Notes: a model not told the origin generated them from the sequence alone. 32,000 nt of DNA from Nostoc sp. PCC 7120 = FACHB-418 (GCF_000009705.1 NC_003272.1:5580001-5612000), one strand, 5' to 3'; shown: positions 1 to 8,501, numbered from the stretch's first letter. Numbers and translations: made by a program.

Positions 1-583
1 CTGGTGTGGGGACTAGTTCTCCTTCGTCCGTGTAAAAGCGTAAATTTTGCTGATTCACTCCTAAATATAACTCTAACTGCTGACTCCATAGCCAACCTTG
101 GGGATTTGCTTCAATTGGTTGATATTTACCAGCCATCAACACAAAGCCGGCAAACTCCAAAGTATCAGGATCAAACCAGAAGTACTCAGGTGTGCGGAAT
201 GTGTCTTGGTAGATTTGCTTTTTTAAACCTCTGTCTGTAGTGGCGGTAGAATCTGATAGTATTTCCACAATCACGTTAGGATATCTACCTTCTTCTTGCC
301 AGACAACCCAACTTTTGCGGGGACGGCGTTCTGTTCCCAGCACCACAAAAAAGTCTGGGCCTCGAAAATATTCTGACTTACGCTGAGTGGGACTGTAATA
401 AATAGTCAGGTTCCCGGCGGCAAAAAAGTCATTGCGGTCTTGCCACCACCACTCTAAACACTTTAATAACAGTATTAATTGTTGTAAATGTAAATAACTT
501 TCCAAAGGTGGTTCGTCACTATATAAATCCCCTGGAGGAAAGATAACATCTTCTGGGGTAACAAATTCTTCGGTGACAGACAT
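1..583 (-). CDS. Uma2 family endonuclease (DUF820), partial; C-terminus lies beyond the window start
   Basis: Not in the ORF track because no stop lies in the window. My own reverse-complement translation from the ATG (complement of 581..583) stays open to position 2. It reads MSVTEEFVTPEDVIFPPGDLYSDEPPLESYLHLQQLILLLKCLEWWW...GPDFFVVLGTERRPRKSWVVWQEEGRYPNVIVEILSDSTATTDRGLKKQIYQDTFRTPEYFWFDP, the typical Uma2 core (PD-(D/E)xK-like PDFFVV...VEILS..T...D...K). The 4..240 plus-strand ORF is its shadow. Confidence 0.82.
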   Translation of the reverse strand, partial: MSVTEEFVTPEDVIFPPGDLYSDEPPLESYLHLQQLILLLKCLEWWWQDRNDFFAAGNLTIYYSPTQRKSEYFRGPDFFVVLGTERRPRKSWVVWQEEGRYPNVIVEILSDSTATTDRGLKKQIYQDTFRTPEYFWFDPDTLEFAGFVLMAGKYQPIEANPQGWLWSQQLELYLGVNQQNLRFYTDEGELVPTP

Positions 584-644
584 AGTAACAAGTGTCTCAG
601 TCTTATAAGTTTAGCCTAACAATAAATACAGATTGCAGTCGTAA

Positions 645-1502
645 CTATTCAGGATTTATGACTATGGAAAGAGCAATTTGATAGACTTGGCGACGGTTGA
701 GGGAGGTATATTTAGTTAGTTGACGACTAGCTTGCGATCGCGATATTCCTTGCATCATTAATTGTTGCAATTCAGCTTTGAGTTGTTCCTCTGTCAGTAG
801 GGTTTCGCTGGGTGGGTTTCCTGCTACCAAAAGTGTATATTCACCTTGGGGTTCCTTTTGTTGATAATGGGCAATCGCTTCCCCAATACTCCCCCGCCAA
901 AATTCCTCATATAATTTAGTTAACTCCCTTGCCAGGACAATTTGGCGATCGCTCCCCCATACTTCTGCTAAGTCTTGTAAAGTTTCCCGCAGGCGGTGGG
1001 GCGATTCGTAGAAAATTAAAGTGCGGGATTCTGTTTGTAAAGCCTCTAAATGCTCTCGTCTTTGTTGACCTTTAGCTGGTAGAAAACCCTCAAATACAAA
1101 CTTATCCGTTGGTAGTCCCGCCGCACTCAAGGCTGTAATTGCCGCACTCGCCCCAGGAATAGGAACTACGGGAATGGCGACTTCCACACAGGCTTTCACC
1201 AGTTCGTAACCAGGATCAGAAATTCCCGGCATACCGGCATCACTCACAAGAGCGATCGCTTTACCACTATGCAAATGCTTTAATAATTCTGGGATACGAC
1301 TGGTACGATTATGCTCATGGTAACTAACTTGTGGTGTTTTCACCTGCAAATGCTGGAGCAACTTCCCCGTATGGCGCGTATCTTCCGCCGCAATCAAATC
1401 CACATTTTGCAATATCCGCACTGCCCGAAAGGTGATATCCTCCAAGTTACCAATCGGTGTACCAACTATATATAGTGTTCCTGGTTTGGGATCAGTCTGC
1501 AT
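645..1502 (-). CDS. rsmI: 16S rRNA (cytidine1402-2'-O)-methyltransferase RsmI
   Basis: 285 aa. The N-terminus LYIVGTPIGNLEDITFRAVRILQNVDLIAAEDTRHTGKLL and the tetrapyrrole-methylase fold are characteristic of RsmI. Confidence 0.92.
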   Translation of the reverse strand: MQTDPKPGTLYIVGTPIGNLEDITFRAVRILQNVDLIAAEDTRHTGKLLQHLQVKTPQVSYHEHNRTSRIPELLKHLHSGKAIALVSDAGMPGISDPGYELVKACVEVAIPVVPIPGASAAITALSAAGLPTDKFVFEGFLPAKGQQRREHLEALQTESRTLIFYESPHRLRETLQDLAEVWGSDRQIVLARELTKLYEEFWRGSIGEAIAHYQQKEPQGEYTLLVAGNPPSETLLTEEQLKAELQQLMMQGISRSQASRQLTKYTSLNRRQVYQIALSIVINPE

Positions 1503-1560
1503 TTAATCAATTCAAAACTTGTACTGAGCTTGTCGAAGTATTCAAAAAATATTAGGGATT

Positions 1561-1588
1561 GTTGACTGATGACTGTTGACTGTTGACT
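1561..1588. repeat. STRR-type tandem heptamer array (GTTGACT/GATGACT, 4 units; complement contains CAACAGT)
   Basis: Direct reading: gttgact gatgact gttgact gttgact. It lies in the divergent rsmI / PfkB-kinase intergenic region. Confidence 0.85.
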
Positions 1589-1599
1589 GAAAACTGTAC

Positions 1600-1619
1600 A
1601 GACGCGATTAATCGCGTCT
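1600..1619. repeat. 20-bp perfect palindrome AGACGCGATTAATCGCGTCT (dispersed Nostocales hairpin-repeat type)
   Basis: agacgcgatt|aatcgcgtct is exactly self-complementary. It ends 7 nt before the ATG at 1627. It produces the junk peptide RDAINRV in the shadow ORF 1466..1663. Confidence 0.8.
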
Positions 1620-1626
1620 CTGACTA

Positions 1627-2487
1627 ATGACAAATCACGCTTTATTTGTAGGTTTGGTGACATTAGATTTAATTTACTTGGCTGAATCTGCTCCTCAAAA
1701 TAATCAGAAATTAGTAGCGACTGATTACACTGTAGCAGCAGGTGGGCCTGCGACTAATGCGGCTGTGACTTTTAGTTATCTGGGTAATCAAGCCACAGTT
1801 TTGGGTGTAGTTGGTTCCCACCCGATGACGCAGCTTATTCGTAGTGATTTGACTAAATATCAAGTAGCGATCGCTGACATTGATCCTACTATTAATACAC
1901 CACCGCCTGTATCTTCAATTATTGTCACCCAAGCCACGGGGGAACGGGCTGTCATTTCTATCAATGCTGTCAAAACTCAAGCTAGTGAAGACTCTATCCC
2001 ACCAGATATCTTACATAATATTGATATCGTGCTGATTGATGGGCATCAAATGACTGTAGGGTATGTCATCACGCAAAAGGCTAGAGCTAATAATATCCCT
2101 GTAGTAATTGATGGCGGTAGTTGGAAACCAGGATTCGAGCGAATCTTACCATTAGTTGATTACGCCATTTGTTCTGCTAACTTTTATCCCCCTAACTGTA
2201 GTTCTAGCGAAGAGGCATTCGCATATCTCCATAACTTAGGAATTCCCCACATCGCCATTACCCACGGCGAACAGCCGATTGAATATCTAAGTTGTGGCGA
2301 ACATGGTACTGTAGTTGTACCTAAGATTACAGCAGTTGATACCCTGGGGGCTGGAGATATTTTTCACGGTGCTTTTTGCCACTACATATTACAAGCAAGT
2401 TTTACTAAAGCACTAGAAGGAGCAGCCAAAATTGCGGCTGATGCTTGTAAACTCTTTGGTACACGCCGTTGGATGGATGTGAAATGA
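1627..2487 (+). CDS. PfkB-family carbohydrate/nucleoside kinase (ribokinase-like)
   Basis: 286 aa. Has the GG motif (AAGGPATNAA) near the N-terminus and PfkB signature-2 DTLGAGDIFHGAF near the C-terminus. The substrate cannot be called from sequence alone. Confidence 0.85.
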   Translation: MTNHALFVGLVTLDLIYLAESAPQNNQKLVATDYTVAAGGPATNAAVTFSYLGNQATVLGVVGSHPMTQLIRSDLTKYQVAIADIDPTINTPPPVSSIIVTQATGERAVISINAVKTQASEDSIPPDILHNIDIVLIDGHQMTVGYVITQKARANNIPVVIDGGSWKPGFERILPLVDYAICSANFYPPNCSSSEEAFAYLHNLGIPHIAITHGEQPIEYLSCGEHGTVVVPKITAVDTLGAGDIFHGAFCHYILQASFTKALEGAAKIAADACKLFGTRRWMDVK

Positions 2488-3356
2488 AAGACTTACAAGA
2501 GATATTAGCGATCGCTCGTGCTGTAGGTTGGGGTGCAGCCGAAATATTACAATCCTATTATCACGGCACAGCCAAAGACTCAAATCTCAACGTCCAGTAT
2601 AAACAGAATGAGCCTGTCACCGTTGCCGATATCACTGTCAGTCAATATATTTTACAAAAGCTACAAGCTGCTTTAGGACAAGAAGATTTTGTCTACGTCA
2701 GCGAAGAAACCTATAAATCAGAATTATCGGAAAATACAAAGACTACAACTGATTGGGTGTGGATCATTGACCCCTTAGACGGAACCCGTGGTTTTATTGA
2801 AAAAACTGGAGATTACGCAGTTCATATTGCTTTAGTTAAAGAACATCGACCAGTTTTAGCGGTGGTAGCGATACCGGAAGCAGAAAAATTATATTTCGCG
2901 CTCAAAAATAGTGGTACATTTGTAGAAACACGCAACAACTCCGACCTTTTACAACTATCTTTAAAAAACACAAACAAGTCATTAGAGGATCTCACGATAG
3001 TTGTCAGCCGTTCTCACCGTAATCAAAAGTTAGACTACTTACTAGAAAGGTTGCCTTGTCAGCAGCAAAAATCCGTGGGTAGCGTTGGTTGCAAGATAGC
3101 CACTATTCTAGAACAGCAAGCAGACCTTTACATTTCCCTATCCGGTAAATCTGCACCTAAAGACTGGGACATAGCCGCTCCAGAGTTAATTTTGACAGAA
3201 GCTGGTGGTAAGTTTACTCATTTTGACGGCACGAACTTACAATACAGTACCGGAGACATTAATCAATGGGGTGGCTTACTGGCTAGTAACGGCCAATATC
3301 ATACAGAACTCTGCCAGAAAATAGAAAAAATATTGATGCAGTTCGACGAGATGTAA
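2484..3356 (+). CDS. Inositol monophosphatase / 3'(2'),5'-bisphosphate nucleotidase (CysQ-like) family phosphatase
   Basis: Metal-binding motifs VSEET and WIIDPLDGTRGF, and WDIAAPELIL. I prefer the ATG at 2484 (MKDLQEIL...) over the track's TTG at 2469. That ATG forms an ATGA overlap with the upstream stop (2485..2487). Confidence 0.85.
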   Translation: MKDLQEILAIARAVGWGAAEILQSYYHGTAKDSNLNVQYKQNEPVTVADITVSQYILQKLQAALGQEDFVYVSEETYKSELSENTKTTTDWVWIIDPLDGTRGFIEKTGDYAVHIALVKEHRPVLAVVAIPEAEKLYFALKNSGTFVETRNNSDLLQLSLKNTNKSLEDLTIVVSRSHRNQKLDYLLERLPCQQQKSVGSVGCKIATILEQQADLYISLSGKSAPKDWDIAAPELILTEAGGKFTHFDGTNLQYSTGDINQWGGLLASNGQYHTELCQKIEKILMQFDEM

Positions 3357-3533
3357 TAAAGTTTGTCCCCAAACCTAGATGAAATCCATAAGTCTTAACC
3401 ACAAATTACCGACCATAAATCGCTAATTTGTGATGCTGTGTCAAGTTCTCCCAACATTTAAGAGCTGTGCTATAGTTGAGTCTATAAGAATTATTTTCGG
3501 TTGAGTGACTCATTTTGATTTATAAAAAGTATC

Positions 3534-3572
3534 TCTCCGAATTTAACTCTCTACATTTCCTGAATTCGGAGA
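3534..3572 (+). promoter_or_regulatory. 5'-UTR hairpin whose 3' arm contains the rbp Shine-Dalgarno (candidate temperature/translation control element)
   Basis: TCTCCGAATT (3534..3543) pairs perfectly with AATTCGGAGA (3563..3572), with a 19-nt loop. The GGAGA in the 3' arm lies 7-10 nt upstream of the ATG at 3579. Confidence 0.45.
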
Positions 3573-3578
3573 CATTGT

Positions 3579-3911
3579 ATGTCAATTTACATCGGTAACT
3601 TATCCTACCAAGTTACAGAGGAAGACCTAAAGCTGGCCTTCGCAGAGTACGGAAAAGTTAGCCGCGTTCAATTACCAACCGACCGTGAAACTGGCCGTCC
3701 TCGTGGGTTTGCTTTTGTGGAAATGGAAACAGAAGCTCAAGAAACCGCAGCCATTGAAGCACTGGATGGTGCTGAATGGATGGGACGTGATTTAAAAGTC
3801 AACAAAGCTAAACCCCGTGAAGAAAGAAGTTCTTCTCCTCGTGGTGGCGGCGGTAGTTGGGGTAATAATAACCGTGGTGGTGGCGGCGGTGGTAATCGCC
3901 GTAGTTACTAA
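3579..3911 (+). CDS. RRM-type RNA-binding protein with glycine-rich C-terminal tail (cyanobacterial Rbp class I)
   Basis: 110 aa. RNP2 is IYIGNL and RNP1 is RGFAFVEM. The tail is SPRGGGGSWGNNNRGGGGGGNRRSY. Confidence 0.93.
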   Translation: MSIYIGNLSYQVTEEDLKLAFAEYGKVSRVQLPTDRETGRPRGFAFVEMETEAQETAAIEALDGAEWMGRDLKVNKAKPREERSSSPRGGGGSWGNNNRGGGGGGNRRSY

Positions 3912-3950
3912 ATCCTATTGCTGAAACGCAAGCTTTAAATAGCCGAATCT

Positions 3951-3981
3951 CCAGCAGGTTAAATCTGCTGGATTATTTTTT
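3951..3981 (+). terminator. Rho-independent terminator of rbp
   Basis: CCAGCAG gttaaat CTGCTGG (7-bp stem) followed by ATTATTTTTTG, starting 40 nt after the stop codon. Confidence 0.8.
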
Positions 3982-4153
3982 GCTTTCTCCGGTCTTCAAT
4001 TGTAAAACTTTAGAGATAAAAATATCTCAGCGATCGCCTATACTCCAGCGCTTACCGTGCTGAACCCAATACATATCATGTAGATTCCTGTATACTCACA
4101 AAGTATTGTAGATACAATTAATCTGCAATCTCAGCCTTGGGACAATCAGCAAA

Positions 4154-4924
4154 ATGTTACGTGTTTATCATCTTATAATTGCTACTATTTTACTCATTCT
4201 TGTACCAGTGGGAGCAAGATTTGCCTTCCCTAACCTTTTTATAAATAAACATACACAACCCAATACTGAAGCTACAGCAACGAAAACTGCTACCCCATCA
4301 AAACCAGCCAACCTCAAAAAAGATAATACTTGGCAAAGATTGTTACGCAGCACCTCTGCACCGAACAATTGGCAAGTCATACCTTGTCAAGGAGAAGCCG
4401 CTTTACTATGCGTTTCTTCTCAAGGCAAAACATTGGGTACAGTTGAGATTGATATTTACCCAGTAAAAGACAATCCCGACTTTCAAAAGCACCTAACAGA
4501 GGTTGGTATCCCTCAAGGTTCTCAAATCAACTTACAAAATCCTCAGTCCCAAAGCCAACTGATCAAGGCGCTGCAAGCCTGGGTGGCGGACTCATACAAT
4601 ACCTTTGCAAAAAACCACCAAGCTAAATATGCAGACAAAATCGTTTTCTCGACCTATCCACCGCAACAGGTAAGCGTCGGGCAACAGCCTGGAATACGTT
4701 ATGGTTTTGTCAGACTTAAGCCAGAGGGCGGTGTGCAAGAGCAACATATTGGTTATGTTACCTCAGATGGTACACAACTGTACGTAATTAACACATCCTT
4801 TAACCCAAGTTCATCAAAAGCTAAATTTGATAGCCTGGAGAACTTAGCAATTTTTCAACCATACTTGTCGGCGATCGCTGAAAATTTGAATTTGTCCATC
4901 AATCAAACATCAGCACAACCTTAG
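4154..4924 (+). CDS. Hypothetical protein with N-terminal membrane anchor/signal sequence
   Basis: 256 aa. The hydrophobic N-terminus MLRVYHLIIATILLILVPVGARFAF is followed by a T/P/K-rich linker and a globular domain with no motif I recognise. The codon usage looks coding. Confidence 0.6.
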   Translation: MLRVYHLIIATILLILVPVGARFAFPNLFINKHTQPNTEATATKTATPSKPANLKKDNTWQRLLRSTSAPNNWQVIPCQGEAALLCVSSQGKTLGTVEIDIYPVKDNPDFQKHLTEVGIPQGSQINLQNPQSQSQLIKALQAWVADSYNTFAKNHQAKYADKIVFSTYPPQQVSVGQQPGIRYGFVRLKPEGGVQEQHIGYVTSDGTQLYVINTSFNPSSSKAKFDSLENLAIFQPYLSAIAENLNLSINQTSAQP

Positions 4925-5215
4925 GAATTAAATAATTTCTTTAAATAAATATAAAGAATGTTAGATTACCAAAATTTTTTATATAGGATACCTAGTGGCA
5001 TAGTTAGTACAGTTACAATACAAGTCTCATATTTGTCATCATCACTATGGATGATAAATACCAGACCTAATAGAATATTTATTTCAACGTATTATTTATT
5101 ACGTAGTTAATTTTACTCATATACATCTATCATTCGATAGAAAATATTGTAAATACTGGATTGTATCAACATCATATTTAGTTTTTCGGTCAAATATTTG
5201 TTCTTAATCATTCAT

Positions 5216-5239
5216 AAATGTGATGATATCATCACATTT
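5216..5239. promoter_or_regulatory. 24-bp perfect palindrome AAATGTGATGAT|ATCATCACATTT (candidate operator for a dimeric regulator)
   Basis: Exactly self-complementary. It contains TGTGA-N8-TCACA. It sits in the AT-rich leader about 850 nt upstream of the terpene synthase ATG. A related half-site, TCATCATCAC, also occurs at about 5036..5045. Confidence 0.35.
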
Positions 5240-5934
5240 ACTTGAATATACTTAAATTTTAAGTTATTAAAATAACTCATTGTTGTGTGTAAATATGCGG
5301 TTGATACACAGCTTATTTCACGAAAATTTCAATAAACGCATACTTATAGAACTCTTTTGTGATGCTTAGATAAAAACGATTGGTGAAAATAAATCACATA
5401 CTTAATTTTATGGTTTGCATTAAGTATAATTTTCATCAATGTATTAATAAGATTTAAGATTTCTTAGTAATTACATAAAAATACAGTTCTTTTTTTAAGG
5501 AAAATATAAAAAAATACTTAAGTAGTTACCACAGGTACACATAACTCAAACTTAGTCAAAAGCAGGCTGACACTAAGTTACATAAGTGATGTGATAACTG
5601 GTGATTTTTACGCTGTTTGGTGGCAGTGTAAATGTGGATTTATGAAGTGCTGTTCATGAAAGTTGCGGTAATACGAAAGGATAAACTTTAGTAAAAAACG
5701 AACTTTAAATCTCTGAACAAAGGGGTTGCCAAAAATTTATTCCATATCTTCTGCTAACGATTACAAGTTGAGGAAACTTCACAATCTATTAGCCTGGCTA
5801 TACGAGTATTCGCCTCGGCATTTCCTCTAAGTAGCTAGTCTATTGAGTTTACTCTAAACTTCGTGTAGCACTTAGGGCGTAAAACAGAGATTTTATCTTT
5901 AGTTAGCCAAAGTTCAATAGCAAGACTGTGCTGC

Positions 5935-5974
5935 GGAATAATTTGCCAGTCCCAAGGAATTGGCAAATTATTCC
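5935..5974. promoter_or_regulatory. 14-bp-stem inverted repeat GGAATAATTTGCCA-N12-TGGCAAATTATTCC upstream of the terpene synthase
   Basis: The arms are perfectly complementary (5935..5948 and 5961..5974). No U-tract follows, so it is not a canonical terminator. It ends 115 nt before the ATG at 6089. Confidence 0.4.
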
Positions 5975-6088
5975 TTAGGCTGCACGCAGCGCATCTGTGT
6001 GGTTCAACCAAAAGAGCTTAGTTTGATTAGCAAGGCTTCTAGTTATTAAGTTAGTTAAATTGGCATTTCTTGGAAGCACAAATGACTT

Positions 6089-7057
6089 ATGGAAAAAATT
6101 ACTTTCCCAAATTTATATTGCCCATTTCCAGAAAGGAAAAATCAGTATTTTGAAGTTCTACAAGACTATGCGCTTCAATGGGTACTTCGCTTCAAGCTAA
6201 TTGATAGTGAATCACTATACCAGCGTTTCTCAAAAGCAAAATTTTATTTACTCACAGCAGGTGCTTATCCTCATTGTCAACTGGAAGAATTAAAAATTGC
6301 TAATGATGTAATCAGCTGGTTATTCATTTGGGACGACCAATGTGACATTTCAGACTTAGGGAAAAAACCTGAACTACTGAAAATCTGGTGTAACAGATTC
6401 CTAGAAATACTAAATGGAGCAGAACTTACTGCCGATGATCTGCCCCTTGGATTTGCATTAAGAGATATTAGAAACCGCATAATTAACAGAGGAAGCATAA
6501 CATTCTTCCATCATTTTGTACGTAACTTTGAGGATTATTTTTACGGATGTATTGAAGAAGCTCATAACCGTGTCACTGTATCAATTCCTGATGTTGAAGC
6601 TTATATCAAAATCCGTAGTGCAAACGCAGCTGCCGCTCTGTGTCTCAATTTAATTGAATTCTGTGACAGAGTAATGATTCCTTATTCTTTAAGAAATCAT
6701 GATACTCTCAACAAATTAACTCAAATGACGATTAATATTCTTGCCTGGTCGAATGATATTTTCTCTGCTCCTAGAGAAATAGCTAATGGTGAAGTGCATA
6801 ATTTAGTTTTTGTCATACATCATCATCAAAAAATTCCTTTAGAAAAAGCCATGTTAGCGGCTGCTGCAATGCACAATCAAGAAGTTGAAAACCTTGTGAA
6901 ATTAGAATCACAAATTACATATTTTAGTGCAGAAATTGATGCGGAGATTACAAAGTACATATCTGGATTACACGCATGGATACGTGGGAATCTAGATTGG
7001 TACGCTCATTCAGGGCGCTATCAAATAACAGAGAAACTAGAATTAATGGCTTCTTGA
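6089..7057 (+). CDS. Class I terpene synthase, bacterial sesquiterpene-synthase type (germacrene A synthase-like)
   Basis: 322 aa. The aspartate-rich motif is FIWDDQCD (DDQCD = 6332..6346). The NSE triad is NDIFSAPRE (6752..6778). Size and motif spacing are typical of bacterial sesquiterpene cyclases. The product assignment rests only on my recollection of the Nostoc NS1/NP1 enzymes. Confidence 0.88.
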   Translation: MEKITFPNLYCPFPERKNQYFEVLQDYALQWVLRFKLIDSESLYQRFSKAKFYLLTAGAYPHCQLEELKIANDVISWLFIWDDQCDISDLGKKPELLKIWCNRFLEILNGAELTADDLPLGFALRDIRNRIINRGSITFFHHFVRNFEDYFYGCIEEAHNRVTVSIPDVEAYIKIRSANAAAALCLNLIEFCDRVMIPYSLRNHDTLNKLTQMTINILAWSNDIFSAPREIANGEVHNLVFVIHHHQKIPLEKAMLAAAAMHNQEVENLVKLESQITYFSAEIDAEITKYISGLHAWIRGNLDWYAHSGRYQITEKLELMAS

Positions 7058-7078
7058 AAAAGTTACCAGAATTTTATT

Positions 7079-8485
7079 ATGAAATATCAAATACAGAGAC
7101 CTAATCCACTAAAAACTCACCCTTTCCTGCAAAAACTACAATGGATAGCTGACCCTGTAGAATACATGAAAAAAGCATCTCTGCAACATCCCGATATGTT
7201 TACAGCAGAGGTAATTGGTTTTGGTGACACTGTAGTGTTTGTTAGCCACCCTCAGGGAATCCAGACACTTTTTGCTAATGACAGAAAAAAGTTAGTAGCT
7301 GTTGGGGAAGCAAACAGAATTTTGTATCCTTTAGTGGGTAACAATTCTATGTTCCTACTAGAAGGAGTAAAACACAAGCAGCGAAGACAACTCCTTATGC
7401 CCTCCTTTCATGGGGAAAGAATGCGCGAGTATGGCCACTTAATCAGAAATATTACTGAAAACCTTTTTAGTCAGCTACAACAGGATGTTACTTTTTCCGC
7501 TCTCACAGCAATGCGGGAAATCTCGATGCAGGTTATTTTGCAAGCTGTCTTTGGTTTTTATGAGGGAGAACGTTGTCAACAATTCAAACATTTATTACCA
7601 ATTTTTCTTTCAGAATTATTTCAGTCCCCATTGGCTTCTAGTATACTCTTTTTCCCTTCACTCCAAAAAGACTTAGGTAATTTGACTCCCTGGGGAAGAT
7701 TTGTCCGCCAAAGAGAGAAAATTGATAAATTGCTTTATGCAGAAATTGCTGAACGCAGACAGGAAATAAATTCTGATCGTATTGATATTCTTTCCTTACT
7801 CATATCAGCTAGAGATGAGACAGGTGATTCCATGTCAGATAAAGAATTACGAGATGAATTGATTACCTTAATGATTTCTGGACATGAAACTACAGGGACA
7901 GCTATGGCATGGTCTCTATATTGGATTCTGCAAACGCCAGAAGTATTTCAAAGGCTGATCCAAGAGTTAGACAGCCTTGGTGATTCTCCTGATCCTATGA
8001 GTATTTTTCGATTGCCATATCTTACAGCTGTCTGTAACGAAACCTTGCGAATTAACCCTGTTGCCATGTTAACACTACCTAGAGTAGTAAAAGAACCAAT
8101 TGAGCTATTGGGAAATAGACTAGAGACCAGTACAACAGTAGTTGGTTGCATTTATCTGACTCATCACCGAGAAGATTTATATCCCGAATCAAAGTTATTT
8201 AAACCAGAGCGGTTTCTCAAACGTGAATTTTCCCAGTATGAATTCATGCCATTTGGTGGTGGTGTACGTGGTTGTATTGGTCAGGCTCTGGCTATGTTTG
8301 AAATGAAGATAGTATTAGCAACAGTCTTATCACGTTATCAACTTGCACTGGCAGATAGAAAACCAGAACGTCCTCAACGTCAAGGTTTTACTCTTACACC
8401 TACCAATGGAGTCAAGATGTTAATTACAGGACAACATAAGCGTCAAAACTACTCAATGGCTGCCTCAACAACATTCAACGCATAG
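7079..8485 (+). CDS. Cytochrome P450 (CYP110-like)
   Basis: 468 aa. I-helix ISGHETTG, K-helix ETLRINP (ExxR), and the heme-Cys loop FGGGVRGCIG (8252..8281). It starts 21 nt after the terpene synthase stop, so the two are probably co-transcribed. Confidence 0.93.
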   Translation: MKYQIQRPNPLKTHPFLQKLQWIADPVEYMKKASLQHPDMFTAEVIGFGDTVVFVSHPQGIQTLFANDRKKLVAVGEANRILYPLVGNNSMFLLEGVKHKQRRQLLMPSFHGERMREYGHLIRNITENLFSQLQQDVTFSALTAMREISMQVILQAVFGFYEGERCQQFKHLLPIFLSELFQSPLASSILFFPSLQKDLGNLTPWGRFVRQREKIDKLLYAEIAERRQEINSDRIDILSLLISARDETGDSMSDKELRDELITLMISGHETTGTAMAWSLYWILQTPEVFQRLIQELDSLGDSPDPMSIFRLPYLTAVCNETLRINPVAMLTLPRVVKEPIELLGNRLETSTTVVGCIYLTHHREDLYPESKLFKPERFLKREFSQYEFMPFGGGVRGCIGQALAMFEMKIVLATVLSRYQLALADRKPERPQRQGFTLTPTNGVKMLITGQHKRQNYSMAASTTFNA

Positions 8486-8501
8486 TATAGTTACTCTACT
8501 A

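Noticed and set aside
4-240. Track ORF 4..240(+)
   Set aside because: It is a shadow of the Uma2 endonuclease gene on the opposite strand, which has clear family motifs. It has no start context or motif of its own.
1466-1663. Track ORF 1466..1663(-)
   Set aside because: It spans the rsmI start, the STRR array and the palindrome. The peptide (QQSTVISQQSLI, RDAINRV) is a translation of repeats.
5216-5239. Labelling the 24-bp palindrome a CRP/SYCRP1 site
   Set aside because: The TGTGA and TCACA half-sites are separated by 8 nt, not the 6 nt of the CRP consensus. I kept it as an unassigned palindrome only.
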